The position numbers and the translations under genes were made by a program. Source: Akkermansiaceae bacterium (GTDB taxonomy: Bacteria; Verrucomicrobiota; Verrucomicrobiia; Verrucomicrobiales; Akkermansiaceae). Taken from it: 64,000 nt of DNA. The notes under the pieces are model-generated. The model was not told the origin of the DNA, made no database searches, and worked only from the letters and a program-made list of their open reading frames with translations. Below are positions 9,566 to 20,648 of this stretch, piece after piece. The stretch's first letter is position 1. The number at the start of each line of letters is the position of its first letter. The stretch covers positions 32,001 through 96,000 of the forward strand of contig JBPOGF010000004.1 of assembly GCA_051251915.1 (NCBI GenBank), written 5' to 3'.

Positions 9566-10546
9566 GAGTTGATCCATTTTGGTGAATGTTTCTGGGGTGA
9601 AGCCCATGTTGCGTTTGAGTTGGTAGTCTCGTTCGATGATGTTTTTGATTTTTCCTGCGCTGCGGTAATCTGACCATGAGAGTTGTCCTGTGAGCATGGG
9701 GCCGAGGCCGGATACTGGGACTGGGTAGTCACTACCGTGGATGATACGGTTCTGGATGGATGCGGGGAGGATGTGTTTTAGGGTGCGTGCTCGATTGATG
9801 CTGCTGAGGGCGCTGTTGTCGCCGTATAGATTGGGGTAGCGTTTGAATAAGTCCAATAAATCATCTATCCAACAACTGTCAAAAATAGCACTGCGACCGG
9901 CTGAATGGGCGGCGATGGTGGTGACTCCGCAGTCTAACAAAATTTCTAATCTTTTGGGGTCGCCGTAGATGGGGTCGTAGACTTTTACGGTCATTTCTCC
10001 GCCGGTGTGGGTGAGGAGGATGATGCCGGCTTCTGCCATGCGTTCCCAGAAGGGAATGTATTTCTTGTCTAGGTAGTCGATGTTGAGGCAGTTTGGGAGG
10101 AGTTTTAGGACGGGCATTTTTGCCTCGATGCATTTTTCTAGTTCGTCCATGGCGTCTGGGCGGCCGGGATGGATGGAGCAGGCGGGGATGAATTCTGGGT
10201 GTTTTTTTGCAAGGTCAGCGACGTATTCGTTAGGGACGTAAAATTGTGCTTCATCTGACATTTTCTCGCCGGTATGGGAGTAGGGTATGTCTTGAGCGAG
10301 GATGACGGCGGCGTCGAGTTGGCTTTCTCTAATATTTTCTAGGAGGTTGTTGACGTAGAGTTCATCTAGGCCTGTTTTTAGTGCTGATGTGGGGAGGCCT
10401 AGGCCTTTGATCATCATTCGGCCTAGAAATTTTTTCCAGAGGGAGGGGAGGTTGAACCAGCAATCACTTCCGGATGAGCCGTCGCCGACGATGTGGACGT
10501 GACAGTCGATTTTTCTGAGGGGGGAGGATGAGTTATTAGTGGTCAT
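9551..10546 (-). CDS. amidohydrolase family 2 protein
   Basis: IDCHVH, HTGGE, AAHSA, HGSDYP motifs; start chosen at ATG 10546. Confidence 0.85.
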   Translation of the reverse strand: MTTNNSSSPLRKIDCHVHIVGDGSSGSDCWFNLPSLWKKFLGRMMIKGLGLPTSALKTGLDELYVNNLLENIRESQLDAAVILAQDIPYSHTGEKMSDEAQFYVPNEYVADLAKKHPEFIPACSIHPGRPDAMDELEKCIEAKMPVLKLLPNCLNIDYLDKKYIPFWERMAEAGIILLTHTGGEMTVKVYDPIYGDPKRLEILLDCGVTTIAAHSAGRSAIFDSCWIDDLLDLFKRYPNLYGDNSALSSINRARTLKHILPASIQNRIIHGSDYPVPVSGLGPMLTGQLSWSDYRSAGKIKNIIERDYQLKRNMGFTPETFTKMDQLLRRV

Positions 10547-10577
10547 ATGGGTGAAATTTGTCTTTATTAAGTTAAGC

Positions 10578-11297
10578 ATGAGTGAAGAACTTAATCCATA
10601 CGAAACTCCGAAAGCTGTAAGTGTGGCAGAAACACAAGAATCTAATATTGTGCCTGCTACTGGCTACGTGATGCTGAATACTCGAGTAGTGGGTATGTGC
10701 TGTAAGGTTCTGCTGGTCGCGTTTTGTGCGCTGTGTGTGCTGCTTGCGAGTTGGAATTTTAAGTTAGCAGCGGAGTATGATTTGACTGATGAGTTTGGAG
10801 GGTTTGGTTTTTTCAGTTTTGATCAGATGGTTCTCATTGAAGAAGGCTATATTTTTCTGTTTTTGGGATCGGCAATAGCGGTGGCTATTTGGAAATTTAG
10901 ATCGATGAAAAATGCTTGGGCGATGATGAGGTCAGGGATGAGGCCGACGGTGTCTCCCGGCTGGGCGGTAGGGTGGTATTTTATCCCTATAGCGATGTTC
11001 TGGAAACCGTTTACTGCTATGTCTGAGATTAATGTAAACTCATCGAGGAGGCCTAAGAGGTTGAGGCCCTGGTTGGGGTTTTGGTGGTTTTTTTGGGTTA
11101 TTGCATTCTTGATGCGGAATGCTGGTGGCGGTGAAGATGGCTATTATGATGCTGGTGATCTTAAGGTTTCGGCAACAAGGTTATTGCTTATAGGGGCCGC
11201 GGGGGGATGTTTGTTGAAGATCATTACTTACATCACGGAAAGGCAGATGAAGGAGTTGGACTCACGTAAATTTAAAAACAAAAAAGAGGGTTTATAG
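10578..11297 (+). CDS. DUF4328-like membrane protein
   Basis: NPYETP N-terminus, SPGWAVGWYFIPIA motif, WLGFWWFFW, about 4-5 TM. Confidence 0.7.
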   Translation: MSEELNPYETPKAVSVAETQESNIVPATGYVMLNTRVVGMCCKVLLVAFCALCVLLASWNFKLAAEYDLTDEFGGFGFFSFDQMVLIEEGYIFLFLGSAIAVAIWKFRSMKNAWAMMRSGMRPTVSPGWAVGWYFIPIAMFWKPFTAMSEINVNSSRRPKRLRPWLGFWWFFWVIAFLMRNAGGGEDGYYDAGDLKVSATRLLLIGAAGGCLLKIITYITERQMKELDSRKFKNKKEGL

Positions 11298-11320
11298 GTC
11301 TGGGATGACCTATAAACCCT
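11287..11320 (-). terminator. intrinsic terminator of leuS
   Basis: 14-bp perfect stem AGGGTTTATAGGTC/GACCTATAAACCCT; A-run on + strand gives the U-tract on - strand. Confidence 0.75.
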
Positions 11321-11344
11321 GTGAAGGTGTTGTGGGCTATTCGT

Positions 11345-14065
11345 TTAGTTTGCTACGATGTTTACTAGCTTGCCTGGGATGACGATTACTTTTCGGACGG
11401 TGTTGCCGGTTGTGTATTGTTTGACGTTTTCGTCTGCTAGGGCGAGGGCTTCCATGTCTTCTTTGGAGATGTCTTTGGCTACTGTGAGTTTTGCTCTTAG
11501 CTTGCCGTTTACTTGGATGACGACGGTGACTTCTGATTCGATGAGGAATTCTTCGTTGAATGACGGCCATGCTCGGTCACTGAGGATTCTGCCGGCTGAG
11601 CATTTTGCTGATGGGCAGGCTTCTCCTAGGTGTTGGTGGATTTCCTCGGTGATGTGTGGGGCGAATGGGTTGAGGCATTTTAGGAAGTCACGTAGGAGGA
11701 TGGCAGGGATTTTGTCTGCTTTGGTGAAGGCGTTAGTGCAGATCATCATTTGTGAGATAGCTGTGTTGAAGCTCATTTTCTCGATGTCTTCGCTTACCTT
11801 TTTGATGGTCTCGTGGGTGACTTTGAGGAGTGATTTGTCGGTTGGTTCGTCGTTGGTGATCTTGTCTGAGATGACCCAGACGCCGTCTTCTAGCTGGGTC
11901 ATGGCGACGCGCCAGACTTTAGCGAGGAAGCGGGATACGCCTTCTACGCCTTTCATTTGCCATGGCTTGACCTGGGTGAGTGGGCCCATGAACATTTCGT
12001 AGAGGCGGAGTGCGTCTGCGCCGTATTGTTCTACGACTGTGTCTGGGTTGACTACGTTATTGAACGATTTCCCCATTTTACGATTGATGGGTTCTAGGAT
12101 TATCCCAGTCTCCTTTTCTGACACTTGCTTATCATCAATGATTAGATTTTCTTCTTCAACTTTATGACCTTTATATTCTCTGTCAGTTCTACGGTCCTTA
12201 GCTGATACAACGTTATTATTTTCATCAGTATAATAGAAGTATTCGGTTTCGCCTAGGATGAGGCCTTGGTTGACGAGTTTTTTGAATGGCTCGTTGGTGG
12301 TGAGGTGTCCGAGGTCGAACATTACTTTGTGCCAGAAGCGGGCGTAGAGGAGGTGGAGGACGGCGTGTTCTGTACCGCCTACGTAGAGGTCTACGGTGGC
12401 GTCATCGCTGCTCCAGTATTGTTCTGCTTCTTTGGAGATGAAGCGGTCAGAGTTTTTAGGGTCGCAGTAGCGGAGGTAGTACCAGCATGAGCCTGCCCAT
12501 TGGGGCATGGTGTTGGTTTCGCGTTCTGCGGTTTCGCTGTATTTGATCCAGTCTGTGGCTTTGACGAGTGGTCCGCGTGGGTCGCCAGTGGGCTTGAAGT
12601 CTTCTAGGTCTGGTTGGAGGAGTGGTAGCTCGCTTTCTGGGATGGTTGAGTGTTGGCCGTTTTCCCAGATGATGGGGAATGGTTCGCCCCAGTAGCGCTG
12701 GCGTGAGAAGAGCCAGTCGCGGAGTTTGAAGTTGGTTTGTGGTTTTCCTTTGTTGTTGTCGATGAGCCATTTGATCATGGCGCGTTTGGCGTCTTTGGTT
12801 TTCATGCCGTCGAGGTGGCCTGAATTGATGGCTTTGCCGTTTCCGGTGTAGCCTTGCCAATTGGTTTTCTCATCGTTTGGCTGGACTACTTGGAGGATGG
12901 GTAGGTCGAATTTCTGGGCGAATTCGAAGTCACGTTCATCATGACCAGGGACGGCCATGATGGCTCCGGTTCCGTATCCCATCATGACGTAGTCAGCGAT
13001 CCATACTGGGATTTGCTCTCCGTTTACTGGGTTGGTGGCGAATGCTCCTGTGAAGATGCCGGTTTTGTCTTTGTTCATCTCGCCGCGCTCCATGTCTGAC
13101 TTGGTGGCGCAGGTTTTGATGTAGGCTTGGACGGCTTCTTTTTGTTCTGAGCTAGTGATGTCTGACACTAGTGCGTGCTCGGGTGCTAGCACCATGTATG
13201 TTGCGCCGAAGAGGGTGTCTGGGCGGGTTGTAAACACGGTGATTTCGTTTCCTTGGATATCAAAACTTACCTCTGCGCCGATGGATTTTCCGATCCAGTT
13301 GGTTTGAAGGAGTTTGATGGATTCTGGCCAGTCGAGTGGGCCTAGGTCATCGATGAGGCGTTGTGAGTATTTGGTGATGCGGAGCATCCATTGTTTGAGT
13401 GGGCGGCGCTCTACTGTGTGGCCTTTGGCTTTCCATTCTTCGACTTCTTCGTTGGCGAGGACGGTGCCTAGGTCTGGTGACCAGTTGACGGGTGCTTCAG
13501 AGATGAAGGCGAGGCGCTCTTCTTCCATTTGCTCGCGGGTGTAGCCTTTTGCTTCGAGTTCGGAGATGGGTTTGGCTTTTTGGTCTTGTTCGCAGAAGTA
13601 TGAGTTGTAGAGCTGGATGAAGATCCACTGGGTCCACTTCATGTATTCTGGGTCAGTGGTGTTGATTTCTCTGTCCCAGTCGTAGCCGAATCCGAGGGAT
13701 TTTAGTTGGCGGCGGAAGTTGTCTAGATTTTGTTCGGTGGTGACGCGTGGGTGCTGGCCGGTTTTGATGGCGTATTGCTCAGCGGGGAGTCCGAAGGCGT
13801 CCCAGCCCATGGGGTGGAGGACGTTGTGGCCGTTCATGCGCTTGTAGCGGCCGAGGATATCTGTGGCTGTGTAGCCTTCTGGGTGACCTACGTGGAGGCC
13901 TGCTCCGGATGGGTAGGGGAACATGTCTAGGACGAAGTACTTTGGTTTTGAAGCGTCAAAGTCAGGTTCTCCTGGGTTGGCTACTGAGAAGGTTTTGTTG
14001 TCTTCCCAGTGTGCTTGCCACTTAGGTTCAAAGGTGTCGAATGGAAAAGCTGGTGTAGGTTTCAT
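11345..14065 (-). CDS. leuS: leucine--tRNA ligase
   Basis: [14 protein letters not shown] (HIGH), FTTRPDT and [15 protein letters not shown] editing domain, [23 protein letters not shown]. Confidence 0.97.
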   Translation of the reverse strand: MKPTPAFPFDTFEPKWQAHWEDNKTFSVANPGEPDFDASKPKYFVLDMFPYPSGAGLHVGHPEGYTATDILGRYKRMNGHNVLHPMGWDAFGLPAEQYAIKTGQHPRVTTEQNLDNFRRQLKSLGFGYDWDREINTTDPEYMKWTQWIFIQLYNSYFCEQDQKAKPISELEAKGYTREQMEEERLAFISEAPVNWSPDLGTVLANEEVEEWKAKGHTVERRPLKQWMLRITKYSQRLIDDLGPLDWPESIKLLQTNWIGKSIGAEVSFDIQGNEITVFTTRPDTLFGATYMVLAPEHALVSDITSSEQKEAVQAYIKTCATKSDMERGEMNKDKTGIFTGAFATNPVNGEQIPVWIADYVMMGYGTGAIMAVPGHDERDFEFAQKFDLPILQVVQPNDEKTNWQGYTGNGKAINSGHLDGMKTKDAKRAMIKWLIDNNKGKPQTNFKLRDWLFSRQRYWGEPFPIIWENGQHSTIPESELPLLQPDLEDFKPTGDPRGPLVKATDWIKYSETAERETNTMPQWAGSCWYYLRYCDPKNSDRFISKEAEQYWSSDDATVDLYVGGTEHAVLHLLYARFWHKVMFDLGHLTTNEPFKKLVNQGLILGETEYFYYTDENNNVVSAKDRRTDREYKGHKVEEENLIIDDKQVSEKETGIILEPINRKMGKSFNNVVNPDTVVEQYGADALRLYEMFMGPLTQVKPWQMKGVEGVSRFLAKVWRVAMTQLEDGVWVISDKITNDEPTDKSLLKVTHETIKKVSEDIEKMSFNTAISQMMICTNAFTKADKIPAILLRDFLKCLNPFAPHITEEIHQHLGEACPSAKCSAGRILSDRAWPSFNEEFLIESEVTVVIQVNGKLRAKLTVAKDISKEDMEALALADENVKQYTTGNTVRKVIVIPGKLVNIVAN

Positions 14066-14176
14066 AGTAAAATTTTTCGGGACTGTAGTGAATGTTTAGA
14101 GAATGAAAAGAAAAACCCATAGCTTGTTTGACCAAACTAAGGGTGAAAGAATTTTCGGGGTGTTTGGTGTTGGTGA

Positions 14177-15106
14177 TTATTTGAAATGTGCTCGGCTACC
14201 TAGTCCTGCGAGTGCGCTGCCGGCTGGTCTGGCTTGCTGAAAGTGGAGAGCGGCCATGAAGTTGAGGCCTTTGGTGATCTGGGAGAGCCAGATGATCTGC
14301 CCGATGATGGGGATGAGGAGTAGGCAGATGAATGCGCCCATGGTTAGCTTGGGTGCGTTCTTGGTGTTAGGGTAGCATGAAGTGATGAGGTTCCATTGTT
14401 TTGGTAGTCCGCCAATGGCTTTGAAGAGCCAGTAGATGTTGAAAATGGGGATGAATAGGAATCCAATGGCTGCACCTGGTGAGATGGTGGCGCCTCCTGG
14501 CTGGAGGCATTTCCATGCTTTGTAGAGGTAGATGTAGGTGAGGATTCCGGAGAAGAAGATGCATGCGAAACCAGCGACCATTAAGCCGAGACCTAGGAAG
14601 CCTTCGATTTTTGCGCCGAGGAGAAACCCTAGCAAGATGAGTAGTAGTCCGCCGGTGAATAACATGGTCCAGAGGCTCATGCTGCCACCTTTGGTGATGG
14701 TGGCGGGATAGATGCCGGGGTTTAGTTGTTCTGGGTTGGCGGTTGGGCTTTGGTAGGGGTTGGCAGCTGCAGGTTGCTGTGCTGCTGCGTAGGAGGCTGG
14801 TACTGGGACGCCGGTCACTGCTTGAGTGGTCGGGGTGCTGGGGATCATTGGTACGGTGTCAGCTTGTCTCGGGGTGACGGCTACAGGGGCTGATGTTCTT
14901 AGGGCCGGGGCTTGGGTCGCTGTTTGCGTAGGGAACAGGCCTTCTATGTTTGAGGCGGGTATCCACTGTTCTCCGAGGGTTTCTGTCCACATTTGTGTGT
15001 CCTCGGTGATGCTTCCATTTGCTGTGAGGCTCTGGAGTTGGTGGGTGGTGATAGGGCCTTGCTGGGTCCCTGCTCCATCGATGAAATACCAAGTTTGTTC
15101 GCTCAT
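14177..15106 (-). CDS. GYF_2 (DUF4339) domain membrane protein
   Basis: N-terminal WYFIDGAGTQQGP...TQMWTE..GEQW; Pro/Ala/Thr linker with NPYQSP; C-terminal TM region with ISPGAAIGFLFIPIFN. Confidence 0.75.
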   Translation of the reverse strand: MSEQTWYFIDGAGTQQGPITTHQLQSLTANGSITEDTQMWTETLGEQWIPASNIEGLFPTQTATQAPALRTSAPVAVTPRQADTVPMIPSTPTTQAVTGVPVPASYAAAQQPAAANPYQSPTANPEQLNPGIYPATITKGGSMSLWTMLFTGGLLLILLGFLLGAKIEGFLGLGLMVAGFACIFFSGILTYIYLYKAWKCLQPGGATISPGAAIGFLFIPIFNIYWLFKAIGGLPKQWNLITSCYPNTKNAPKLTMGAFICLLLIPIIGQIIWLSQITKGLNFMAALHFQQARPAGSALAGLGSRAHFK

Positions 15107-15129
15107 GTTACTGTGATTTACGTTCTCTT

Positions 15130-16479
15130 TTAGAGTTCTCTCCAGCGTTTGATTTGTGCTTTTACGTTTTCGATGCTCGGAGCGCCTGGGTTAGTTCTGG
15201 CGGCGAGAGCGGTCTGGAGGTTGAAGACGTCTTTGGCGTCTGCTCCGTAATGGTCTGAGATTTTAGTTAGGTCGATTTTGTCGAGCGGTGTGGATGTTTC
15301 TACTGCTACAGCTACGGCTTTTCCTACGAGTTCGTGCGCGCTGCGGAATGGGACACCGTTTTTGACGAGGTAGTCTGCTAGGTCTGTGGCTAGGAGGAGG
15401 GGGTCGCTGGCGGCGGCTTCGCATGTTTCGACGTTGATGACCATGTCTGCGATCATTTCTGTGTTCACGCTGAGGGCGAGGATGAGGGTGTCGATAGAGT
15501 CAAAGAGTGGCTCCTTGTCTTCCTGTAGGTCGCGGTTGTAGGTGAGAGGGAGTCCTTTCGCTGAGGTGAGTAGTGAAACGAGATTTCCATAGAGTCTGCC
15601 TGTTTTGCCTCGGGTGATCTCGCAGACGTCTGGGTTTTTCTTCTGGGGCATGAGTGATGAGCCGGTGGTGTGTGCGTCACTGAGGGTAGCAAATCCGAAC
15701 TCGCTTGAGCACCAAAGGATGAGGTCTTCTGAGAGGCGTGAGAGGTGGGTGCCGACTAGTGCGAAATCGAAGAGTAGCTCCATGATGTAGTCGCGATCTG
15801 AGATGGCGTCCATGGAGTTGGTGGTGATGGAGTCGAAGCCTAGCTCGGCGGCGATTTGTTCGCGGTCGAGGTTGATGGTGGAGCCGGCGAGTGCGCCGGA
15901 GCCTAGAGGGGAGACGTTGACGCGTTTTTTGGCATCATTGAGGCGATCTAGATCACGTGCGATCATTTCTACGTATGCTAAAAGATGGTGGCCGACGGTA
16001 ACTGGTTGGCCGCGTTGGAGGTGGGTGTAGCCTGGGATGACTGCGGCTGCGTATTGATCAGCTTTATTTAGTAGTGATGTTTTAAGCGCGTTGAGGTGAT
16101 CTGAAATCACGCCTATCTGTTCACGGCAATAAAGTCTGGTGTCTGTGGCTACTTGATCATTTCTTGAGCGAGCAGTGTGGAGTTTTCCTCCTGCCGCGCC
16201 GATGCGCTTGGTGAGCTCTGACTCGATGTTCATGTGGATGTCTTCGAGTTCTATTGAGAAGTCGAAGTTTCCAGCGTCGATGTCCTTTTCTATTTCACGG
16301 AGGCCGGTTTCTATTTGTTGGAACTCGTCTTCGGTTAGGAGTTGGGCCTTCACTTGGGCGCGCGCGTGTGCGATCGAGCCTGCGATGTCGTGTTTATATA
16401 ATCTCCAATCATAGGAGATGGACTCTCCGTATTTCTGAACTAAGTCTGCTGTTGCTTGAGCGAATCTACCTTTCCACAT
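15130..16479 (-). CDS. argH: argininosuccinate lyase
   Basis: MWKGRF start, EDIHM, LHTARSRNDQ, PGYTHLQ, TGSSLMPQKKNPD, YNRDLQEDK. Confidence 0.97.
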   Translation of the reverse strand: MWKGRFAQATADLVQKYGESISYDWRLYKHDIAGSIAHARAQVKAQLLTEDEFQQIETGLREIEKDIDAGNFDFSIELEDIHMNIESELTKRIGAAGGKLHTARSRNDQVATDTRLYCREQIGVISDHLNALKTSLLNKADQYAAAVIPGYTHLQRGQPVTVGHHLLAYVEMIARDLDRLNDAKKRVNVSPLGSGALAGSTINLDREQIAAELGFDSITTNSMDAISDRDYIMELLFDFALVGTHLSRLSEDLILWCSSEFGFATLSDAHTTGSSLMPQKKNPDVCEITRGKTGRLYGNLVSLLTSAKGLPLTYNRDLQEDKEPLFDSIDTLILALSVNTEMIADMVINVETCEAAASDPLLLATDLADYLVKNGVPFRSAHELVGKAVAVAVETSTPLDKIDLTKISDHYGADAKDVFNLQTALAARTNPGAPSIENVKAQIKRWREL

Positions 16480-16728
16480 GGGGGGATTCATACGCGTGTA
16501 ACGCAAGTGATGCACGCTTTTTTTTAATTGCTCGGATATGAGTTTGGAAATCGGTCATATAGTTTAGGGTTCTGAAATAAAATAGAATGGCTGATAATAT
16601 TGTTAGGTGTTGATTTTGAGTGTTTAGCAAGACTTTGTGAAAAATTTCACAAATAGACTTGATCGAAATGGCTGTAGTGGTTATTGACCTTTTGTCCTCA
16701 GAGGACAATACACGCAAATTACACCGAA

Positions 16729-17592
16729 ATGAGCAAGATCTTCACAACCCTATCATTACTCTTTATATCAGCGGGCTACGCAGCGGCAGCTGGAGCGCAT
16801 CAGTTGACACCACATTCGAACGTGATCTTTGGTGACAGAGATGGCTTTGCTGTGACTAACTCCATGATTATGGTGTGGATAGCTACGGCGATCATTGTTC
16901 TGTTCTGTCAGGCGGCTACTAAAAAGATGAGTATGGTGCCTGCTGGGTTCCAGAATTTTGCTGAGTGGTTGATTGAATCACTTTATAATTTCTTTGGTGG
17001 TATCCTCGGTGATCATCTTGTGAAGAGAACGTTCTGGTTTTTCGGTGGAACATTCCTTCTTATTCTTATTACTAACTGGCTTGGTCTTGTTCCTGGAGTT
17101 GGAACAATTGGTATCGGTCATGACGGTCACATGGAGCATGGTTTGCTACGTGGTGGTAACGCAGATCTTAATATGACTGCTGCGATGTCAGTGGTTTTCG
17201 CGATCCTTTGGTTCTACTGGGCGTTCTCTGAGAATGGCACAAAGGGGTTCCTTGCTCACATCTTCGCACCTAAGGGTAAGTTTTCTGGAGCTATGCAGAT
17301 CGGTATGATTGTTATCTTCTTCTTGGTAGGTATTCTAGAGATCGTTTCTATCTTTATTCGACCTGTGGCACTTAGTTTCCGACTTTATGGTAACGTGTTC
17401 GGTGGTGAGCAAACTCTTGAGTCATTGATGGCTCTTGGAGGTAAGTATTTCGCTTTCGCTCCGGCGCTTCCATTCATGTTCATTGAGATTCTAGTGGGGC
17501 TTGTGCAGGCGCTCGTGTTCACACTTCTTAGTGCGGTGTTCCTTAAGCTCATCTGTGATCACGGAGATCATGATGAAGAGCATGCTCACTAA
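16729..17592 (+). CDS. atpB: F0F1 ATP synthase subunit a
   Basis: RPVALSFRLYGN with the essential Arg, VQALVFTLL; ATG 16729 preferred. Confidence 0.95.
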   Translation: MSKIFTTLSLLFISAGYAAAAGAHQLTPHSNVIFGDRDGFAVTNSMIMVWIATAIIVLFCQAATKKMSMVPAGFQNFAEWLIESLYNFFGGILGDHLVKRTFWFFGGTFLLILITNWLGLVPGVGTIGIGHDGHMEHGLLRGGNADLNMTAAMSVVFAILWFYWAFSENGTKGFLAHIFAPKGKFSGAMQIGMIVIFFLVGILEIVSIFIRPVALSFRLYGNVFGGEQTLESLMALGGKYFAFAPALPFMFIEILVGLVQALVFTLLSAVFLKLICDHGDHDEEHAH

Positions 17593-17695
17593 TTCATAAT
17601 AAATTTTATACACTTTCGAGAGTCAGACCATAGCGAAGACGGTGGGGGCAATCGGACATAACAACAAAATAACTAACAACTAATTAAATAAGAAA

Positions 17696-17890
17696 ATGGC
17701 AACTAAAACATTATTCGTAGCAATGGCAGCACTTGGTGGAGCACTCGGAATCGGTTTCCTCGGCGGTAAAGCAGCTGAAGCAACTGGCCGTAACCCAGGA
17801 GCAGCAGGTCCTATCCTTACACTATCAATCATTCTTGCAGCGCTTATCGAGGGAATCTTCATTCTCTCTGCATTCGCGGTTTCAGTTTAA
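17696..17890 (+). CDS. atpE: F0F1 ATP synthase subunit c
   Basis: Gly-rich helix 1, GRNP loop, ALIEG carboxylate. Confidence 0.95.
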   Translation: MATKTLFVAMAALGGALGIGFLGGKAAEATGRNPGAAGPILTLSIILAALIEGIFILSAFAVSV

Positions 17891-17917
17891 TATCTAAACG
17901 CAAGAATACAGTATCTT

Positions 17918-17944
17918 GAGCGTCGCTCGCAAAGGGCGGCGCTC
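17918..17944 (+). other. intergenic stem-loop after atpE (mRNA stabiliser or attenuator)
   Basis: GAGCGTCGCTC...GGGCGGCGCTC with G-U pairs and no U-tract; similar hairpins after atpA (20573-20602) and atpD (23081-23110). Confidence 0.5.
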
Positions 17945-17988
17945 ACTCTAAAACCAACTCGAAATCAACTCGAAACTCACAACACACA

Positions 17989-18522
17989 ATGTTTACAATA
18001 TTAGCAGAAGGAGCAAATCCATTTACACAAATTACTGATAGCTTCGGTATTACTTGGCCGCTTTTCATTGCACAGGTTATTAACTTTATTATCGTGCTGT
18101 TTGTGTTGAAGAAATTCGCCTTTGGTCCTATTCAAGAAATGCTCGAGCAGCGTAAGAATAGAATTCATGAAGGTGAAGAGAAACTGAAGCGCATCGAAAC
18201 TCAGCTTGCTGAGTCAGAAGAGCGCACTACAGCAGCTATCGAAGAAGCAAATAGCACAGCTAAGCGCCTCATTGATGAAGCTAAGGATAGTGCAGCTAGT
18301 CTTTCTGAGCAGAAGACCCAGGAGGCAATCGCTTCTGCACAGGGGATTCTCTCTAAAGCAGAGGAAGCAGCTAAGGCAGAACGCAACCAGATGGTGGCAG
18401 AACTCAAGCAGGACTTCGGTCGACTTGTGGCGGCTACTACGGCTAGCGTAACTGGTAAAGTTCTCAACGAAGATGACAACAAACGCATCAACGAAGAGGC
18501 AGTCGCATCTATCGAAAGCTAA
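17989..18522 (+). CDS. atpF: F0F1 ATP synthase subunit b
   Basis: N-terminal TM (FIAQVINFIIVLFVLKKFAFGPI) followed by coiled coil; operon position. Confidence 0.95.
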   Translation: MFTILAEGANPFTQITDSFGITWPLFIAQVINFIIVLFVLKKFAFGPIQEMLEQRKNRIHEGEEKLKRIETQLAESEERTTAAIEEANSTAKRLIDEAKDSAASLSEQKTQEAIASAQGILSKAEEAAKAERNQMVAELKQDFGRLVAATTASVTGKVLNEDDNKRINEEAVASIES

Positions 18523-18589
18523 GCTCTACGAAGCATTCAGCATATTCTCGAAATAATAATTTCTCAACGTCCGATCAACAAATAATCAC

Positions 18590-18982
18590 ATGAAAGTAAC
18601 TAAAGACGCCGCCGCAGCAGGAAAACGCCTGTTCAGACTTTGTGCCACTGGCAACAGACTGAATGAGGACAAGCTACGCACCGTTATCAAGGCACTCGTA
18701 GAGAGAAAGCCAAGAAACTATCAAGGCATACTAGCCACCCTTCATCGCCAGGTGCGATTGGATCTGGCTCAGCGCCACGTGATCGTAGAGAGTGCCAAGC
18801 AGCTTGATGAAGCTACTGGTCATAGCATCGCAAGTAAGATGATCTCTCAGCATGGTGACGGACTCACATTTGAATATAAAATCAACCCCGCCTTATTAGG
18901 TGGAATTCGCATCCGCAAAGGTGATGATGTGTGGGATGGCTCAGTTAAGGGTCGCCTCGACAAACTCGCTAACGCATTTTAA
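18590..18982 (+). CDS. atpH: F0F1 ATP synthase subunit delta (short form)
   Basis: [23 protein letters not shown]-terminal delta motif; operon position. Confidence 0.9.
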   Translation: MKVTKDAAAAGKRLFRLCATGNRLNEDKLRTVIKALVERKPRNYQGILATLHRQVRLDLAQRHVIVESAKQLDEATGHSIASKMISQHGDGLTFEYKINPALLGGIRIRKGDDVWDGSVKGRLDKLANAF

Positions 18983-19029
18983 TCGCAGTATCATTTAATA
19001 AATCTAAACACTCTAACAAACAAATAGTC

Positions 19030-20562
19030 ATGAGCAGCATTCTTCAGGAACTAGAACAGGAAATCGCGAACGTAACGACTTCCGTAGGTAAAACAAACGT
19101 AGGCACAATCCGTGAAATCGGTGATGGTGTCGCTAAAGTTGAAGGTCTAAGCGACTGTCAGCTAAACGAGATGATCTCATTCCCTGGTGGAGTTACTGGT
19201 CTTGCGATGAACCTTGAGGAAGGTGAAGTTGGAGCTGTTCTTCTTGGTGAGTATCTTCACCTCAAAGCAGGTGACGAGTGCCAGACTACTGGTAAGCTTC
19301 TTTCTGTGCCAGTAGGTGAAGCGCTTCTCGGACGCGTGATCGACACACTTGGTGCACCAATCGACGGAAAAGGCGATATCGCAGCATCTGCTAACTACCC
19401 AGTTGAGAAGCTTGCTCCTGGTATCATTAAGCGTAAGTCAGTATCTGTTCCAGTTCAGACTGGCATCATGGCGATTGATGCGATGGTTCCAATCGGTCGT
19501 GGACAACGTGAGCTTATCATTGGTGACCGTGGAACAGGTAAAACTACCATTGCTATTGATACAATTATTTCACAAGCGAATCAGAACAAGGCAGCTGAGG
19601 CTGGCAAACTTAAGGATCACGCACCACTCTACTGTATCTATGTAGCGATCGGTCAGAAAGCATCTAACGTAGCACGTATCCAAGCGACTCTTGAAGAAGC
19701 AGGAGCAATGGAATACACAACAATCGTTGCTGCTACAGCTGCTGACTCAGCAGCGAACCAGTTCCTCGCACCATACACAGGTTGTGCAGTAGCTGAATAT
19801 CTCATGGATCAAGGCAAAGAGTGTCTCATCGTATTTGATGATCTTTCTAAGCACGCGGTTGCATACCGTCAGGTGTCACTCATTCTTAAGCGTCCTTCAG
19901 GTCGTGAAGCTTATCCTGGTGACGTTTTCTACCTACACTCAAGACTTCTTGAGCGTTCAGCACGTCTTTCTGAGAATGCTGGTGGTGGTTCACTCACTGC
20001 GCTTCCAATCATTGAAACACAGGCTGGTGACGTATCTGCATACATCCCAACTAACGTGATCTCAATTACAGATGGACAGATTTTCCTTGAGACTGACTTG
20101 TTCTACCAAGGTATCCGCCCGGCGATTTCAGTTGGTCTTTCAGTTTCTCGTGTTGGTTCTGCTGCGCAGACTAAGGCGATTAAGAAAGTATCTGGAACCA
20201 CTAAACTTGATCTTGCTCAGTTCCGTGAACTTCAGGCATTCGCCCAGTTCGGATCAGATCTTGATGACCAGACAAAAGGTAAGATCGAGAAAGGTCTCCG
20301 TATTGTTGAGCTCTTCAAGCAAGATCAATACTCACCTAAGTCAATGCAGATGCAGGTAGTGGTTCTTTTCTCAATGCAGAATGGATACTTCGATGATGTA
20401 GATGTGGACCGCATTAAAGAATGCCAGACTGGACTAGAAGAGTTCATGGAAACTCGCAAGGCAGACGTTCTTCAGCTCATCGCTGATGAAAAAGCAATGA
20501 CTGACGGAGTAAGCGATGCTCTCCACTCAGCTCTCAAAGACTTCAAGGGTTCTTGGAAGTAA
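19030..20562 (+). CDS. atpA: F0F1 ATP synthase subunit alpha
   Basis: [36 protein letters not shown]. Confidence 0.98.
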   Translation: MSSILQELEQEIANVTTSVGKTNVGTIREIGDGVAKVEGLSDCQLNEMISFPGGVTGLAMNLEEGEVGAVLLGEYLHLKAGDECQTTGKLLSVPVGEALLGRVIDTLGAPIDGKGDIAASANYPVEKLAPGIIKRKSVSVPVQTGIMAIDAMVPIGRGQRELIIGDRGTGKTTIAIDTIISQANQNKAAEAGKLKDHAPLYCIYVAIGQKASNVARIQATLEEAGAMEYTTIVAATAADSAANQFLAPYTGCAVAEYLMDQGKECLIVFDDLSKHAVAYRQVSLILKRPSGREAYPGDVFYLHSRLLERSARLSENAGGGSLTALPIIETQAGDVSAYIPTNVISITDGQIFLETDLFYQGIRPAISVGLSVSRVGSAAQTKAIKKVSGTTKLDLAQFRELQAFAQFGSDLDDQTKGKIEKGLRIVELFKQDQYSPKSMQMQVVVLFSMQNGYFDDVDVDRIKECQTGLEEFMETRKADVLQLIADEKAMTDGVSDALHSALKDFKGSWK

Positions 20563-20609
20563 GTAATTAGAAAGCACTGCGACTGATAAAGGCCGCAGTG
20601 CTCAAAGCC

Positions 20610-20637
20610 TAACTACTAACTACTCACTACTAACTAC
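20610..20637. repeat. heptamer tandem repeat (TAACTAC)x4
   Basis: TAACTAC TAACTAC TCACTAC TAACTAC between atpA and atpG. Confidence 0.7.
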
Positions 20638-20648
20638 TTCAAAATAAA

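Noticed and set aside
17696..17890. Na+-coupled ATP synthase
   Set aside because: Subunit c has ALIEGI and lacks the Q...ES/T..Y sodium-binding signature
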